DNA of 64,000 nt from an uncultured Rhizobiaceae bacterium (GTDB taxonomy: Bacteria; Pseudomonadota; Alphaproteobacteria; UBA828): positions 1,365-65,364 of the forward strand of contig CAZUXZ010000135.1 in assembly GCA_964624055.1 (NCBI GenBank), in the 5' to 3' direction. Shown one piece after another: positions 1 to 8,697 of this stretch (position 1 is the stretch's first letter; the number at the start of each line of letters is the position of its first letter). The notes beneath the pieces are model-generated. The model made no database searches. It saw only the letters and a program-made list of their open reading frames with translations, and had not been told where the DNA came from. The position numbers and the translations under genes were made by a program.

Positions 1-256
1 CACAGAGAAAAGGCCTGAGACCCGCTGTCGCCAGGCCGCTAGCGATACCCATGGCGTTTTGCTCGGCGATCCCGGCATCGACCACCCGCTCGGGATGATT
101 CTCCATCATACCGCGTAACGCCATCAGGTCCTGAGTATCGGCAGAAACGGCGACGACCGTCTCATCCATCTTCGCCAGCTCAGTGAGTGCAAGACCAAAG
201 GCAACGCGGGTTTGCTCTCCGGCGTCGCGGGCGGCTGATTCGCTCATGATTGTCAT
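1..256 (-). CDS. Transketolase, C-terminal-section subunit (5' part only; gene runs past window start)
   Basis: Minus-strand translation from ATG at ~254-256 reads MTIMSESAARDAGEQTRVAFGLALTELAKMDETVVAVSADTQDLMALRGMMENHPERVVDAGIAEQNAMGIASGLATAGLRPF, typical of the pyrimidine-binding half of a split transketolase. Its ATG overlaps the TGA of the upstream N-terminal-section gene (ATGA). Confidence 0.8.
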   Translation of the reverse strand, partial: MTIMSESAARDAGEQTRVAFGLALTELAKMDETVVAVSADTQDLMALRGMMENHPERVVDAGIAEQNAMGIASGLATAGLRPFLC

Positions 257-1086
257 GCCGGCTCTCCCAACTCGGCGAGCGCTTTTTGGTAGACCTCGTA
301 GTCGATTATGTTCTGGTGCCAAAGATGAGTATCTTCGGCAAAACTTACCCCTTTGCCCTTCACCGTATGAGCGATCAACATCGATGGAATGTCGTCGGCA
401 TAAGGTAACGCCTCGAGGGCCGCCACGATTTCCGTCATGTCATGACCGTTGATTTCGCGCACTGCCCAACCGAAAGCACGCCATTTATCGGCAAGCGGCT
501 CTAATTTGAGTACGTCCTGCACATGGCCGCTCTGCTGAATCTTGTTGTAGTCGAGGATTGCCGAGAGGTCGGAGAGACCGAGATGGGAAGCCGCCATGGC
601 TGCCTCCCAGTTAGAGCCCTCTTGCAACTCGCCATCACCAAGCATCACCACGGTGCGTGACGGACTTTTCGAGAGTCGCGCGCCAAACGCCATGCCGACA
701 CCTATGGAAAGTCCGTGGCCGAGCCCGCCAGTGCTCATCTCCACCCCGGCGAGCTTAATATCGGGATGCATGCCCATGAGAGTTTGATAGCCGTAGAACT
801 CGTCGAGGTGGCTCTCCGGGATAAACCCCGCCTGAGCGAGAACAGCTGCAAGGGCGCCATTGGCATGGCCCTTAGAGAGAACGAAACGATCCCGGTCAGG
901 CCAGTCCGGTTCGTCGGGACGTACTTTTAAGTAATGGAAATAAAGCGCTGCCAAAAGATCCGCCGCGGAGCTTGAGCCACCAACATGTCCTGAGCCAGCG
1001 GCATAATAGGCACGCCACAAATTGCGCCGAATCTTCAGAGCTTCGTTATTAAGCCGATCTACCACGGTCTCTAAATTGCTAGCCAT
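253..1086 (-). CDS. Transketolase, N-terminal (TPP-binding) section subunit
   Basis: 277 aa. GSGHVGGSSSAADLLAALYFHYL, LSKGHANGALAAV and GDGELQEGSNWEAAMAASHLGL are hallmark TPP-binding motifs of the transketolase N-terminal section. Confidence 0.9.
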   Translation of the reverse strand: MASNLETVVDRLNNEALKIRRNLWRAYYAAGSGHVGGSSSAADLLAALYFHYLKVRPDEPDWPDRDRFVLSKGHANGALAAVLAQAGFIPESHLDEFYGYQTLMGMHPDIKLAGVEMSTGGLGHGLSIGVGMAFGARLSKSPSRTVVMLGDGELQEGSNWEAAMAASHLGLSDLSAILDYNKIQQSGHVQDVLKLEPLADKWRAFGWAVREINGHDMTEIVAALEALPYADDIPSMLIAHTVKGKGVSFAEDTHLWHQNIIDYEVYQKALAELGEPA

Positions 1087-1610
1087 AATTGCCTCTATTT
1101 TTTTTCGGCTACGGGCGGGTTGGCAAAGCTATATTCCGCGCCATCAGCCCTGTCGAACCCTAATTGGCGCGTTTTTTTTATATCGGCTATCATATTAGCG
1201 TAATTAGCCCGTTAACTTATGGCGCCAGGCCTATAGACTACACGCATGCGTGAACAACAAAAATTGAAAGAAGATGTGGAGGCACGCCTCACCACCCTCG
1301 AAAAACGGGTGACCGGACTTGAAGGCAATCTCTATTCGGGCCAAAGCGAGGACTGGAAAGAACGCGCATAGAAAATTTCTGGCAACGAGGTACAGGAAGG
1401 TCTTGCAAGTTCCGCCCTCGACGAAATGGAGAAAACCCGCTCCGTGCTCAAGCTCATCAAGGATAGTGATTATGGCGCAAGCAATAGTTGCGGCAATAAG
1501 ATCGGCGCAAAACGCCTCGTTTCACTGTCCCTAACAGTATTGTGCATCGACTTCACGAGCGAAGGCAGCACCTGAAATTGCTGTGAAACTGAGAGGTAAA
1601 TTAACGATTC

Positions 1611-2267
1611 ATGACCCAAGCGGTCTGGTATTTCGATTTTATTTCCCCTTTTGCTTATCTGCAATGGCGCGATATGGGACGCCTGCCGAAAAGCATGGAT
1701 TTCTCTCCCCGTCCGGTCCTCTTCGCCGGTCTACTTAATCATTGGGACCACAAAGGCCCAGCGGAGATACCCACTAAACGTCGCCACACTTATCGCTATT
1801 GCCAATGGCTGGCGCGTACGCGAAGCATCCCTTTTACCTTGCCGCCGGCGCATCCGTTCAACCCGCTCCAGGCTCTTCGGCTCTGCGTGGCGCTAGATGC
1901 GGACGTTGCGATCATCGAAACAATTTTCGATTTCATTTATGCTGACGGAGGCGATGTTGCGAGCGAGACCGGCTGGCACGAGTTGACCACGCGCCTCGGC
2001 GTCGAGCCAGACGACGTGCGCATCAACGCACCCAAAACAAAGCAGAGGCTTAAAGACAATACAGACGCAGCGCTGGCAGCAGGCGTATTCGGCGTTCCCA
2101 CCTTCGTCGCGGAAGGGGAATTGTTTTGGGGCCAGGATGCGATGAATATGTTTATCAACTGGCTGGGCGACCGGGCAAGCTTTGCAACCGAAGAGTTTGC
2201 CCGTATTGAAAAATTACCGATTGGCGCCCGAAGACCGCAATCGGGGTTAACGTCCGATTCTAAGTAA
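1611..2267 (+). CDS. 2-hydroxychromene-2-carboxylate isomerase / DsbA-like thioredoxin-fold family protein
   Basis: 218 aa. N-terminus WYFDFISPFAYL and C-terminal GVFGVPTFVAEGELFWGQD are typical of the HCCA-isomerase (DsbA-like) family. Confidence 0.75.
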   Translation: MTQAVWYFDFISPFAYLQWRDMGRLPKSMDFSPRPVLFAGLLNHWDHKGPAEIPTKRRHTYRYCQWLARTRSIPFTLPPAHPFNPLQALRLCVALDADVAIIETIFDFIYADGGDVASETGWHELTTRLGVEPDDVRINAPKTKQRLKDNTDAALAAGVFGVPTFVAEGELFWGQDAMNMFINWLGDRASFATEEFARIEKLPIGARRPQSGLTSDSK

Positions 2268-2550
2268 GCGTAAATTTAGGCTGAAAATTGATTGAAAAGG
2301 TTTAGGGAAAGTCTCAATGCGTTTCGCCTAGTCCCTGGACAACAGTTGAGCAGGTTCACCGCATGTTTCTCGAACTCAGGCGGCTCAAATGGAAGGATCT
2401 TGCCATTCTGGTGATAGACAAGAATAACGAAGACCTGACCCACCCCTCACCGAGCGATACTATATGACAAGTAAAGGGTCAGGTGACATGGCACAGTACG
2501 GGCACCAAGCTCACCGCTAATAGCGACATGGTGCACTAGTATTTGAGCGT

Positions 2551-2919
2551 TTAGCGCTTGGCCGATTTAGACTTTTTCGCTGATTTTTTGACCACCGGCT
2601 TCCTGGCTGGCAGCTTCTCTGCTTTCTTGGGTGACTTTCCACCCTTGGGGCCGTCTGATAACTCCTTGGCAATGCGTTGGGAACGCTCAACAAAGCCGCT
2701 CATCCCTTCGCCCTCGAAATGCTTGTGGAAGCGCTTGGATTCCTGTGCTATGCGCGCTTTGACATCGGTGGTCTTAACATTCTGGGCCTCCTCCATATTG
2801 ACGACAACCGCTTCGAGTGCCAGCAAACGACAAGCTTGATCGACCATGAGCATTTCCAATGCTAGAATAATATCATCGCGCCGTTCCAATTCTTCCTGCA
2901 CGTTCCGTGGAATGCTCAT
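2551..2919 (-). CDS. Hypothetical small protein with lysine-rich histone-H1-like C-terminal tail
   Basis: 122 aa. Helical N-terminal region followed by KGGKSPKKAEKLPARKPVVKKSAKKSKSAKR tail. Single good ORF in its intergenic context. Confidence 0.55.
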   Translation of the reverse strand: MSIPRNVQEELERRDDIILALEMLMVDQACRLLALEAVVVNMEEAQNVKTTDVKARIAQESKRFHKHFEGEGMSGFVERSQRIAKELSDGPKGGKSPKKAEKLPARKPVVKKSAKKSKSAKR

Positions 2920-2968
2920 TGCCTGTTCCTCTGTTTTGTCGAGTTTTGAGTTGGGCTAGATTTTCACC

Positions 2969-3430
2969 GTGGCCAAGCGGAAATCAAGCAGCGGCTTTTC
3001 CTCACGGCGCAATCGTGTGATCTGGATACTCATAATCACGCTGATTGTTGCCGTCATCATCGCCTATGAAATCGGCCAGGAACTGCACCGTCAGGCCGAT
3101 GCGGAGCGCGGGAAGAATCTCCATAACACTTCCGCAATCCCGGTGGAGAGGGTTCAAGCCGCCGTGCGCAGTTATTACCGATCACACAAACTGCCGGCCA
3201 GTTGGACCGTCGGGAAAACGAATGTAAGAGAGCCGAATGAGCTGGTGGTCTCAATCTATTTTTTGCCACGTATCGGCTCGCCACGGTATGGTCAAGAGGC
3301 ACCGCCCGGCGACATCACCGTGGCTAATGTCTGCCCGCTTGACGAGACCGTCATCGTGCTTATCGAAAAAATTTCTCTTACGATCCTGGTCAACGACAAG
3401 ACCGGGGTGATCAACAAAATTTCCTGTTAA
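2969..3430 (+). CDS. Hypothetical membrane-anchored protein
   Basis: 153 aa. Basic N-terminus then a hydrophobic span VIWILIITLIVAVIIAY. No recognisable domain. Confidence 0.45.
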   Translation: MAKRKSSSGFSSRRNRVIWILIITLIVAVIIAYEIGQELHRQADAERGKNLHNTSAIPVERVQAAVRSYYRSHKLPASWTVGKTNVREPNELVVSIYFLPRIGSPRYGQEAPPGDITVANVCPLDETVIVLIEKISLTILVNDKTGVINKISC

Positions 3431-4152
3431 CCCGGCAGGGGCTCGATACGGCTCGGGCCAGTCTTGCCGGCTGTCCTCCCGCGCCATTGATCAAACAGGG
3501 TAACCCCCTCGGCTTTTTCCTCACTCGACATGTGCTTGATCACGCCATCAAGCGCATTCAACGCACTCCCGATACCGTGCTGCGCAGCGAGCGACAGCCA
3601 GAGATAGGCCTGCACCCGATCCCGCCCAACTCCATGACCAGCTGCATACATTTGCCCAAGACGCGCTTGAGAGGGATAGTGGCCGCCCTCAGCCGCGGTG
3701 CGGTACCATTTAGCTGCCTGTTCGATATTCTTTTTTACACCTGTTCCACTGCTCAGCAAAACCGCCAGATTGAACTGGCCGTGCGCATCACCCTGATTCG
3801 CAGCTTTCTCGAACCAACGCACCGCCTCTTCATTATCCTGCGGCACACCCTTACCCATTCCGTACATGGCGCCAATATTGCTTTGCGCCTGAACGTTACC
3901 GCCCTCTGCCGATTTAAAATACCACCTGAACGCTGCACCATCGTCGAGATCAACACCATCGCCATTGGCGTAGAGCGAGCCGACCCAAGCCTGGGCGTCG
4001 GCATCCCCCGCCTCGGCGAGCGGCAGCCATATCTCCCGCGCCTTGTCAAAGTCCCCGGCCATATAGGCATCCAGTCCTACCCGCACATCAGCGACTTCGT
4101 ACATTTTCTGCTTACGGCGTGGTTCTTTTGCTTTTTTTGTAGACATAAACAC
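3427..4152 (-). CDS. Sel1-repeat (SLR/TPR-like) protein
   Basis: Repeated ~36-aa units of the type AQxxLGxMYxxGxGVxxDxxxAxxWYxKAA (e.g. AQSNIGAMYGMGKGVPQDNEEAVRWFEKAA). True start is likely the internal MYEV at ~4104. Confidence 0.8.
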   Translation of the reverse strand: MFMSTKKAKEPRRKQKMYEVADVRVGLDAYMAGDFDKAREIWLPLAEAGDADAQAWVGSLYANGDGVDLDDGAAFRWYFKSAEGGNVQAQSNIGAMYGMGKGVPQDNEEAVRWFEKAANQGDAHGQFNLAVLLSSGTGVKKNIEQAAKWYRTAAEGGHYPSQARLGQMYAAGHGVGRDRVQAYLWLSLAAQHGIGSALNALDGVIKHMSSEEKAEGVTLFDQWRGRTAGKTGPSRIEPLPG

Positions 4153-4465
4153 AATCCATATCTTCGTCGCCGTTTGTTACGACCTCGCCATCGGCATTCA
4201 GGCGGGTTAGAAAATAGTCCTGTGTGGTGCGCGCCGCCTGAAAAGTAAGTGCCTGCTTGTAGAGCCAGGGGTCTTTCTTGCGGTCTACTTTATGTTTCTT
4301 GAACAGAGCATTCTCTGGGTCACCCGTCACACCAATAAAGTAATCCTTAAAATCGCCCCCGAATTCTTTCATATAGGCGAGAATTTCATATTTGATCTGT
4401 TGAACGCTATAAACCACAACCGTTAAGCTTACCGGCCCCGTTGTGAATAGAGCGGCGCCGGCCAA
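4112..4465 (-). CDS. Hypothetical protein
   Basis: 117-aa ORF between the Rieske-like gene and the Sel1 gene, co-directional. No recognisable motif. Confidence 0.4.
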   Translation of the reverse strand: MAGAALFTTGPVSLTVVVYSVQQIKYEILAYMKEFGGDFKDYFIGVTGDPENALFKKHKVDRKKDPWLYKQALTFQAARTTQDYFLTRLNADGEVVTNGDEDMDCVYVYKKSKRTTP

Positions 4466-5625
4466 TAATAATCATGCTCCATGAGGATTCGCTCGACCAG
4501 AAATTTCTGGAAAGCGTAACCATGAGCGCTGTCTTCCTTGGGCAGTTGCTTAGCGCCCCAATTATCGATTTCACCCTGCCGTATTTCTGCCTTGGCGGCG
4601 ATGTCTTTCAACGCCTTACCCCACAAGGTATTCAGCTCCATCAAATCTGCCGACACATGCTCTGTCTTAATACTTTCCTGGGCGAAAAGAACGATCCGTT
4701 GCAGCGTCAGACAAGTCGCCGTCGGCTGGAGAATCACCCCGAGAACATGGTCGGGTAGTAGCGCCAACAACAGATTGGGGAACACCCAATAGAGATCGGC
4801 ACGCCTTTGCGCGACTTTAGGAATTCCGACCAGGGGAGGCAGGCTATTGAAGCGTTTGTCATAGCCGCCGTTAAGGGGCATCAGGCTCTCGGCATGGGAC
4901 ATCGACCCCTTGGCAAGCGTTTTGGCCTTTAGCCCCCCGGCGAACGGCAGAACGAGCTCCTCAAGATAGGTGCGGCCCGCAAGCTTCCAATTGCTGCCAT
5001 GCTCCAGACGCCATTCGGCAAACTGCTTCAGTCCACTGGCCAAAAATGGCGATAGTTTCTTGGACAAGCCGGTGAACTGTTTGGGCAACGGCACAGGTTC
5101 CCGGTCGATATTGGCGAATATAAATGGCCCCCAGCTCTCTATCTGGACCGGGAACAGCCGCTCCGGACGGTCACCGAGATATTGTCCCACCAATTGCGAG
5201 CCTTCACCCAAATCACCGGCACTAATAACCCCTTGATCGCGGCTGTAGCCACAAGAAGTGAAAGAACATTTCGTCTTCTTACCTGTTTGACATTGCAAGG
5301 GGATCGTACGGCAACCGCCATGCTGTGCTTTGTTGAAACGTCCGATCAGCCCTCCATCAGCCATGCGCTGAACATGAATACCGTGATTTCCAAGGGTGAA
5401 CGGCAGCACATCACCGGCACCGGGTATCTGCTGTTCAGTGCCGATACAGACCCAACTACGGGTCCATATTTTCTCATCTTCCAGATCTGCGAAAATTTTT
5501 GACCGAAATGCCGTCGGCGGGAGAATTTCGGCGCGACCGAAAGGCTTTTGCGCCGCTGCGTAGAGGTTCGGCGCAGCGAGGTCCAACCCTTCGTCAAAGT
5601 ATCCAAGATCCGGATGCGTATTCAT
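4429..5625 (-). CDS. Rieske non-heme-iron oxygenase alpha-subunit-like protein with degenerate cofactor motifs
   Basis: 398 aa, same length and architecture as the canonical RHO alpha at 45018..46208 (shared W..GxI, SNWK, HDYYW versus ANWK, HMGYY). Where the paralog has CSHRG and CSFHAW this protein has AQHGGC and CSFTSC. Where the paralog has NEIYHLPFQH this protein has EELVLPFAGG. Confidence 0.6.
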   Translation of the reverse strand: MNTHPDLGYFDEGLDLAAPNLYAAAQKPFGRAEILPPTAFRSKIFADLEDEKIWTRSWVCIGTEQQIPGAGDVLPFTLGNHGIHVQRMADGGLIGRFNKAQHGGCRTIPLQCQTGKKTKCSFTSCGYSRDQGVISAGDLGEGSQLVGQYLGDRPERLFPVQIESWGPFIFANIDREPVPLPKQFTGLSKKLSPFLASGLKQFAEWRLEHGSNWKLAGRTYLEELVLPFAGGLKAKTLAKGSMSHAESLMPLNGGYDKRFNSLPPLVGIPKVAQRRADLYWVFPNLLLALLPDHVLGVILQPTATCLTLQRIVLFAQESIKTEHVSADLMELNTLWGKALKDIAAKAEIRQGEIDNWGAKQLPKEDSAHGYAFQKFLVERILMEHDYYWPAPLYSQRGR

Positions 5626-5710
5626 AGCATATCAACTTGCCTCAAAAAGTAACCCCGCGCCCTCGCCCAAGGCGAAGACGCGGGGATTATTTTTTTGGCA
5701 TGGCCGCCTG

Positions 5711-8113
5711 TTACTTCCGCTTCTTGTTCATAGGTGGATCGTAATCGGCGCGGCCGCGATGCTTGATCGCTTTGGCCGGTGCCGCCGGTAGCGGGCCATC
5801 CTTGGCGAAGCGATCGAGTACGTTTTTCACTAAGCGTGAAATATTGTTCTTCTTCGGATCGCCATTGTTCCAGGGCAATGAACCGCAAAAGGCGATGGAG
5901 CTAAACGCAAAGCAACCACCACCATTAGGTGTCTCATGGAATGCGATATCTGAGCGCACGCGTGGGTGTTGTGTACCATCGAGTCCCTGCTGATTAAAAC
6001 CAAAATCCTCCATAACCAGCAAATAGGCCTCCGTATGACGCCCCGCCGATGTCGCCCCGACTAGAGTGTGCGGCGGTGAGCCGAGCATGGTGTCAACAAT
6101 ATCGAGTTCGGTACCGGCGGCGCCGCCGCCGACAAGGCCGAAATTTCCGATTTTCTCGTCCTGTTTTATGCCCTTAAAGGCCCAGGCGATACGCGGATCA
6201 TTACTTTCCTCCGTGCGCGAATAGTAGCTTGAAATGTCGAAGCCTTCTGACGACATGCCCGTGCCTGCAACGGAGTGGAGATAACGCCCGCGATATCTCC
6301 ACATCCCACCGAGCTCACCAGTGGACTGATGATAATATTCGCCGGGGTCAGCGCGCCAGGTGCGAATGCCTGATTCGCAACGGCGCATCTCTGTGATCAC
6401 ACCACGACCGCGATCCTCATAGGCCGGATGGTACGAATGAACCCAATAAAAGCCATCCGCGCCCATGTACATGAGACGCCCGCCCTGCTGGGTGTAGTCG
6501 TGCAACGCATCGAGCTGGGGTCCTGAATTATGCTCGGGATGGGAACCTGTGATGACGACGTTGTAGTTCTCTAACCGCGCCAAACCGTCGTAATTAGTAT
6601 CCTCGTCTGTAATGATGTCATATTTGTATCCAAGTTTGTCTAACCAATAGATCAGATGCAAATCGGCAGGATACTGCCATGGCGCCTGCATCAGGAAGTG
6701 ATCGTATTTTGGACGAACGCTGAGAATTGGACGCAACCGCGACGAGAGACAGAGCCCACTGCCGTCAGTGTGGGTGTCATAAATCGAGCCGCCATACTCG
6801 CGATGCTCAGACAGGAACATATTTTGCTGCTGCATAATCGGCACGCGATACACCAGCAGCTCCGCACCACCCGCATTGTTCGCAAGGTGCTCGTTGGCAT
6901 AGGCCATATAGCTGATCGTCGGGATCATGACGGCGATCTTTGCTTGTTCCTCACCGACATGGGGGACCACGAAGAACGGTATATAATCTTCGTCACCTTC
7001 CTTGGTCGTCAATTTGATGCAGTAGGAATCGCTTTCGAAACCGTTAGGCACCGTCCATTCAAAATCAACTTCCCAACGGGCATCGTCCACATCGTCATCA
7101 TGAAAATGGATTGCGCCATACTCTTCTGGTGCGTGCTTCCAATCGAAATTATTGCCCGTGAAATTATGCCCCGTCATGGCTCGGGTTGGGCAATTGACGA
7201 TCTCCGCATCAAACAGGTAAGGACCGTGGTCCTTGCCGGTTATGGTATTGATGCCGTCGGAAAAATCCCACGCAGCGACGATGACCTCGGACAAAGCGCC
7301 GGTCGGACCGGCATTGCGGCGTTCGGTCATGCCGCGTTGAGCACCGAGCTTCATGGTCTCGATTTCTGCCCTACTGAGCGCGCGGTTACATATGCGCGGG
7401 CTATCGATTTTTCCGTTGTAATGGCCGGAGATAATGATGCCCGACGGAACCGAAGAACGCGCCGTCGCCGCTTTACTATGCTGACCGGTATACCCAGCAA
7501 TCACCACCGGGCTTGCGTCGTGACGCGGCGCAGCTACTTTGGCGTTTACTGGTTTAACCTCGGGGTCGAGCGCATAAACAATCTGCGGCTCGTGATATAA
7601 GGTCGCCTTGCCTGTTTTGGCATCGTAGGTTGCGGCCAAGAAATGCCAAGCATGATCACGCAAGGGGGCATTGGTCGAGATCTTCTTGCCGTTGATTCGG
7701 AGTTCAGCGCAGCCCTCTTCATTAATAAAGAGGCCGAAGCCCTTATTATTGTGCCACTTGGTGACAAGGCCCTGAGCTCCGTGCTTCCAATATTTCGGAT
7801 GAGTTTTCGGCGTAGTTGGCCATACCCAGCATTGCACAGTAAAGCTTTTCAAATGGAACTGCGGCTTATCTTCGACGAAGCCGTATGAACCGCTATGAAT
7901 GACTTGCTTGTTGCCTTTATATCTACCATTGACGGAGGCGCGTATGGGCCGTTCGATCAGGCCTGGACCTCTCGGGTTCGTGTCGCCGTGAATCATCTTC
8001 ACAAGCTTAGCGTTGTACTGCTTTGGACCGTCGCAGTTCACATAAAACCGGATCGTATCTCCAGGATGCACACCGAATTTATCGGCGTAACCCGTCAATC
8101 TCATCCATGACAT
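5711..8113 (-). CDS. N,N-dimethylformamidase large (beta) subunit-like amidase (LamG-like N-domain plus DMFase C-domain)
   Basis: 800 aa. N-terminal concanavalin/LamG-like region (IRFYVN...KLVKMIHGDTNPRGPGL...HFLAATYDAKTGKATLY). The central/C-terminal region (EEYGAIHFHDDDVDDARWEVDFEWTVP...EDYIPFFVVP...MAYANEHL) matches my recollection of the DmfA2 family. Family call made from memory, not from a search. Confidence 0.55.
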   Translation of the reverse strand: MSWMRLTGYADKFGVHPGDTIRFYVNCDGPKQYNAKLVKMIHGDTNPRGPGLIERPIRASVNGRYKGNKQVIHSGSYGFVEDKPQFHLKSFTVQCWVWPTTPKTHPKYWKHGAQGLVTKWHNNKGFGLFINEEGCAELRINGKKISTNAPLRDHAWHFLAATYDAKTGKATLYHEPQIVYALDPEVKPVNAKVAAPRHDASPVVIAGYTGQHSKAATARSSVPSGIIISGHYNGKIDSPRICNRALSRAEIETMKLGAQRGMTERRNAGPTGALSEVIVAAWDFSDGINTITGKDHGPYLFDAEIVNCPTRAMTGHNFTGNNFDWKHAPEEYGAIHFHDDDVDDARWEVDFEWTVPNGFESDSYCIKLTTKEGDEDYIPFFVVPHVGEEQAKIAVMIPTISYMAYANEHLANNAGGAELLVYRVPIMQQQNMFLSEHREYGGSIYDTHTDGSGLCLSSRLRPILSVRPKYDHFLMQAPWQYPADLHLIYWLDKLGYKYDIITDEDTNYDGLARLENYNVVITGSHPEHNSGPQLDALHDYTQQGGRLMYMGADGFYWVHSYHPAYEDRGRGVITEMRRCESGIRTWRADPGEYYHQSTGELGGMWRYRGRYLHSVAGTGMSSEGFDISSYYSRTEESNDPRIAWAFKGIKQDEKIGNFGLVGGGAAGTELDIVDTMLGSPPHTLVGATSAGRHTEAYLLVMEDFGFNQQGLDGTQHPRVRSDIAFHETPNGGGCFAFSSIAFCGSLPWNNGDPKKNNISRLVKNVLDRFAKDGPLPAAPAKAIKHRGRADYDPPMNKKRK

Positions 8114-8194
8114 CAGAATGTCTCCCGTTCAAAGCGCGTGCCCACTGGCCCACCCTGCATTGGTTGTAAAGTTGAAGCTGTGCCTACCCTCGGG

Positions 8195-8635
8195 CTAGGT
8201 TGCTGACCACATATCATCGCGGCGCTTCCAGCCTTCGCGGAAATGTTCCGGATATCCATCAGATTCCGTCAATTCATCGAGCCGCATTAGGAAAATGTCG
8301 TGCTGCGGATCCTGCTCATTGTTGTAAACTTTGCGCCCAACGAATTTTGGTGGCACGCCGCGAATGCCCGAGAGACGGCCGATGCGCCACTCTTTCTCAA
8401 CCTTTGTGCAAATCACCACCAGCTTATTGCCCGCGGGCTGTGCACGCATACGGAGGAGAATGCGGTTAAGTTGAAAATCATCGTGAATACCACCGCTAAC
8501 TTCGGTGGTATCGCCCGGAGTCTCGCAGCGCAGAATTGTACAACCGGCAACTCCTTTCATGGAATCGATGCATGCGCGGTGCTCCGCGATCATCCGTTTT
8601 CTATCAGCACTTCCCTTTGGAGGGATGCGTATCAT
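8195..8635 (-). CDS. Putative N,N-dimethylformamidase small (alpha) subunit / hypothetical protein
   Basis: 146-aa ORF immediately upstream of and co-directional with the large-subunit-like gene, in the position dmfA1 occupies in dmfA1-dmfA2 operons. Assigned by position only. Confidence 0.35.
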   Translation of the reverse strand: MIRIPPKGSADRKRMIAEHRACIDSMKGVAGCTILRCETPGDTTEVSGGIHDDFQLNRILLRMRAQPAGNKLVVICTKVEKEWRIGRLSGIRGVPPKFVGRKVYNNEQDPQHDIFLMRLDELTESDGYPEHFREGWKRRDDMWSAT

Positions 8636-8697
8636 TCCTGCCTCCTGTCATTTAATATTCAGCCCAGTGAGCGAAAGGTTCCAGCTCGTAACAGCTC

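Noticed and set aside
2432-2484. 9-bp inverted repeat (ACCTGACCC ... GGGTCAGGT) with a 34-nt loop downstream of the lysine-tail protein gene
   Set aside because: The loop is too large for a classical terminator and there is no clear U-tract. It could be fortuitous.
6656-7600. 314-aa plus-strand ORF inside the DMFase-like gene, with similar long antisense ORFs elsewhere (3487..4248 in the Sel1 gene, 46436..47233 in the acetoacetyl-CoA synthetase gene, 41909..42526 in sufB, 15581..16132 over the PPTase, 37355..37966 in sufT)
   Set aside because: These are shadow ORFs on the strand opposite to well-supported genes. High GC gives long stop-free antisense frames, and they have no motifs and implausible Arg/Pro-rich composition.
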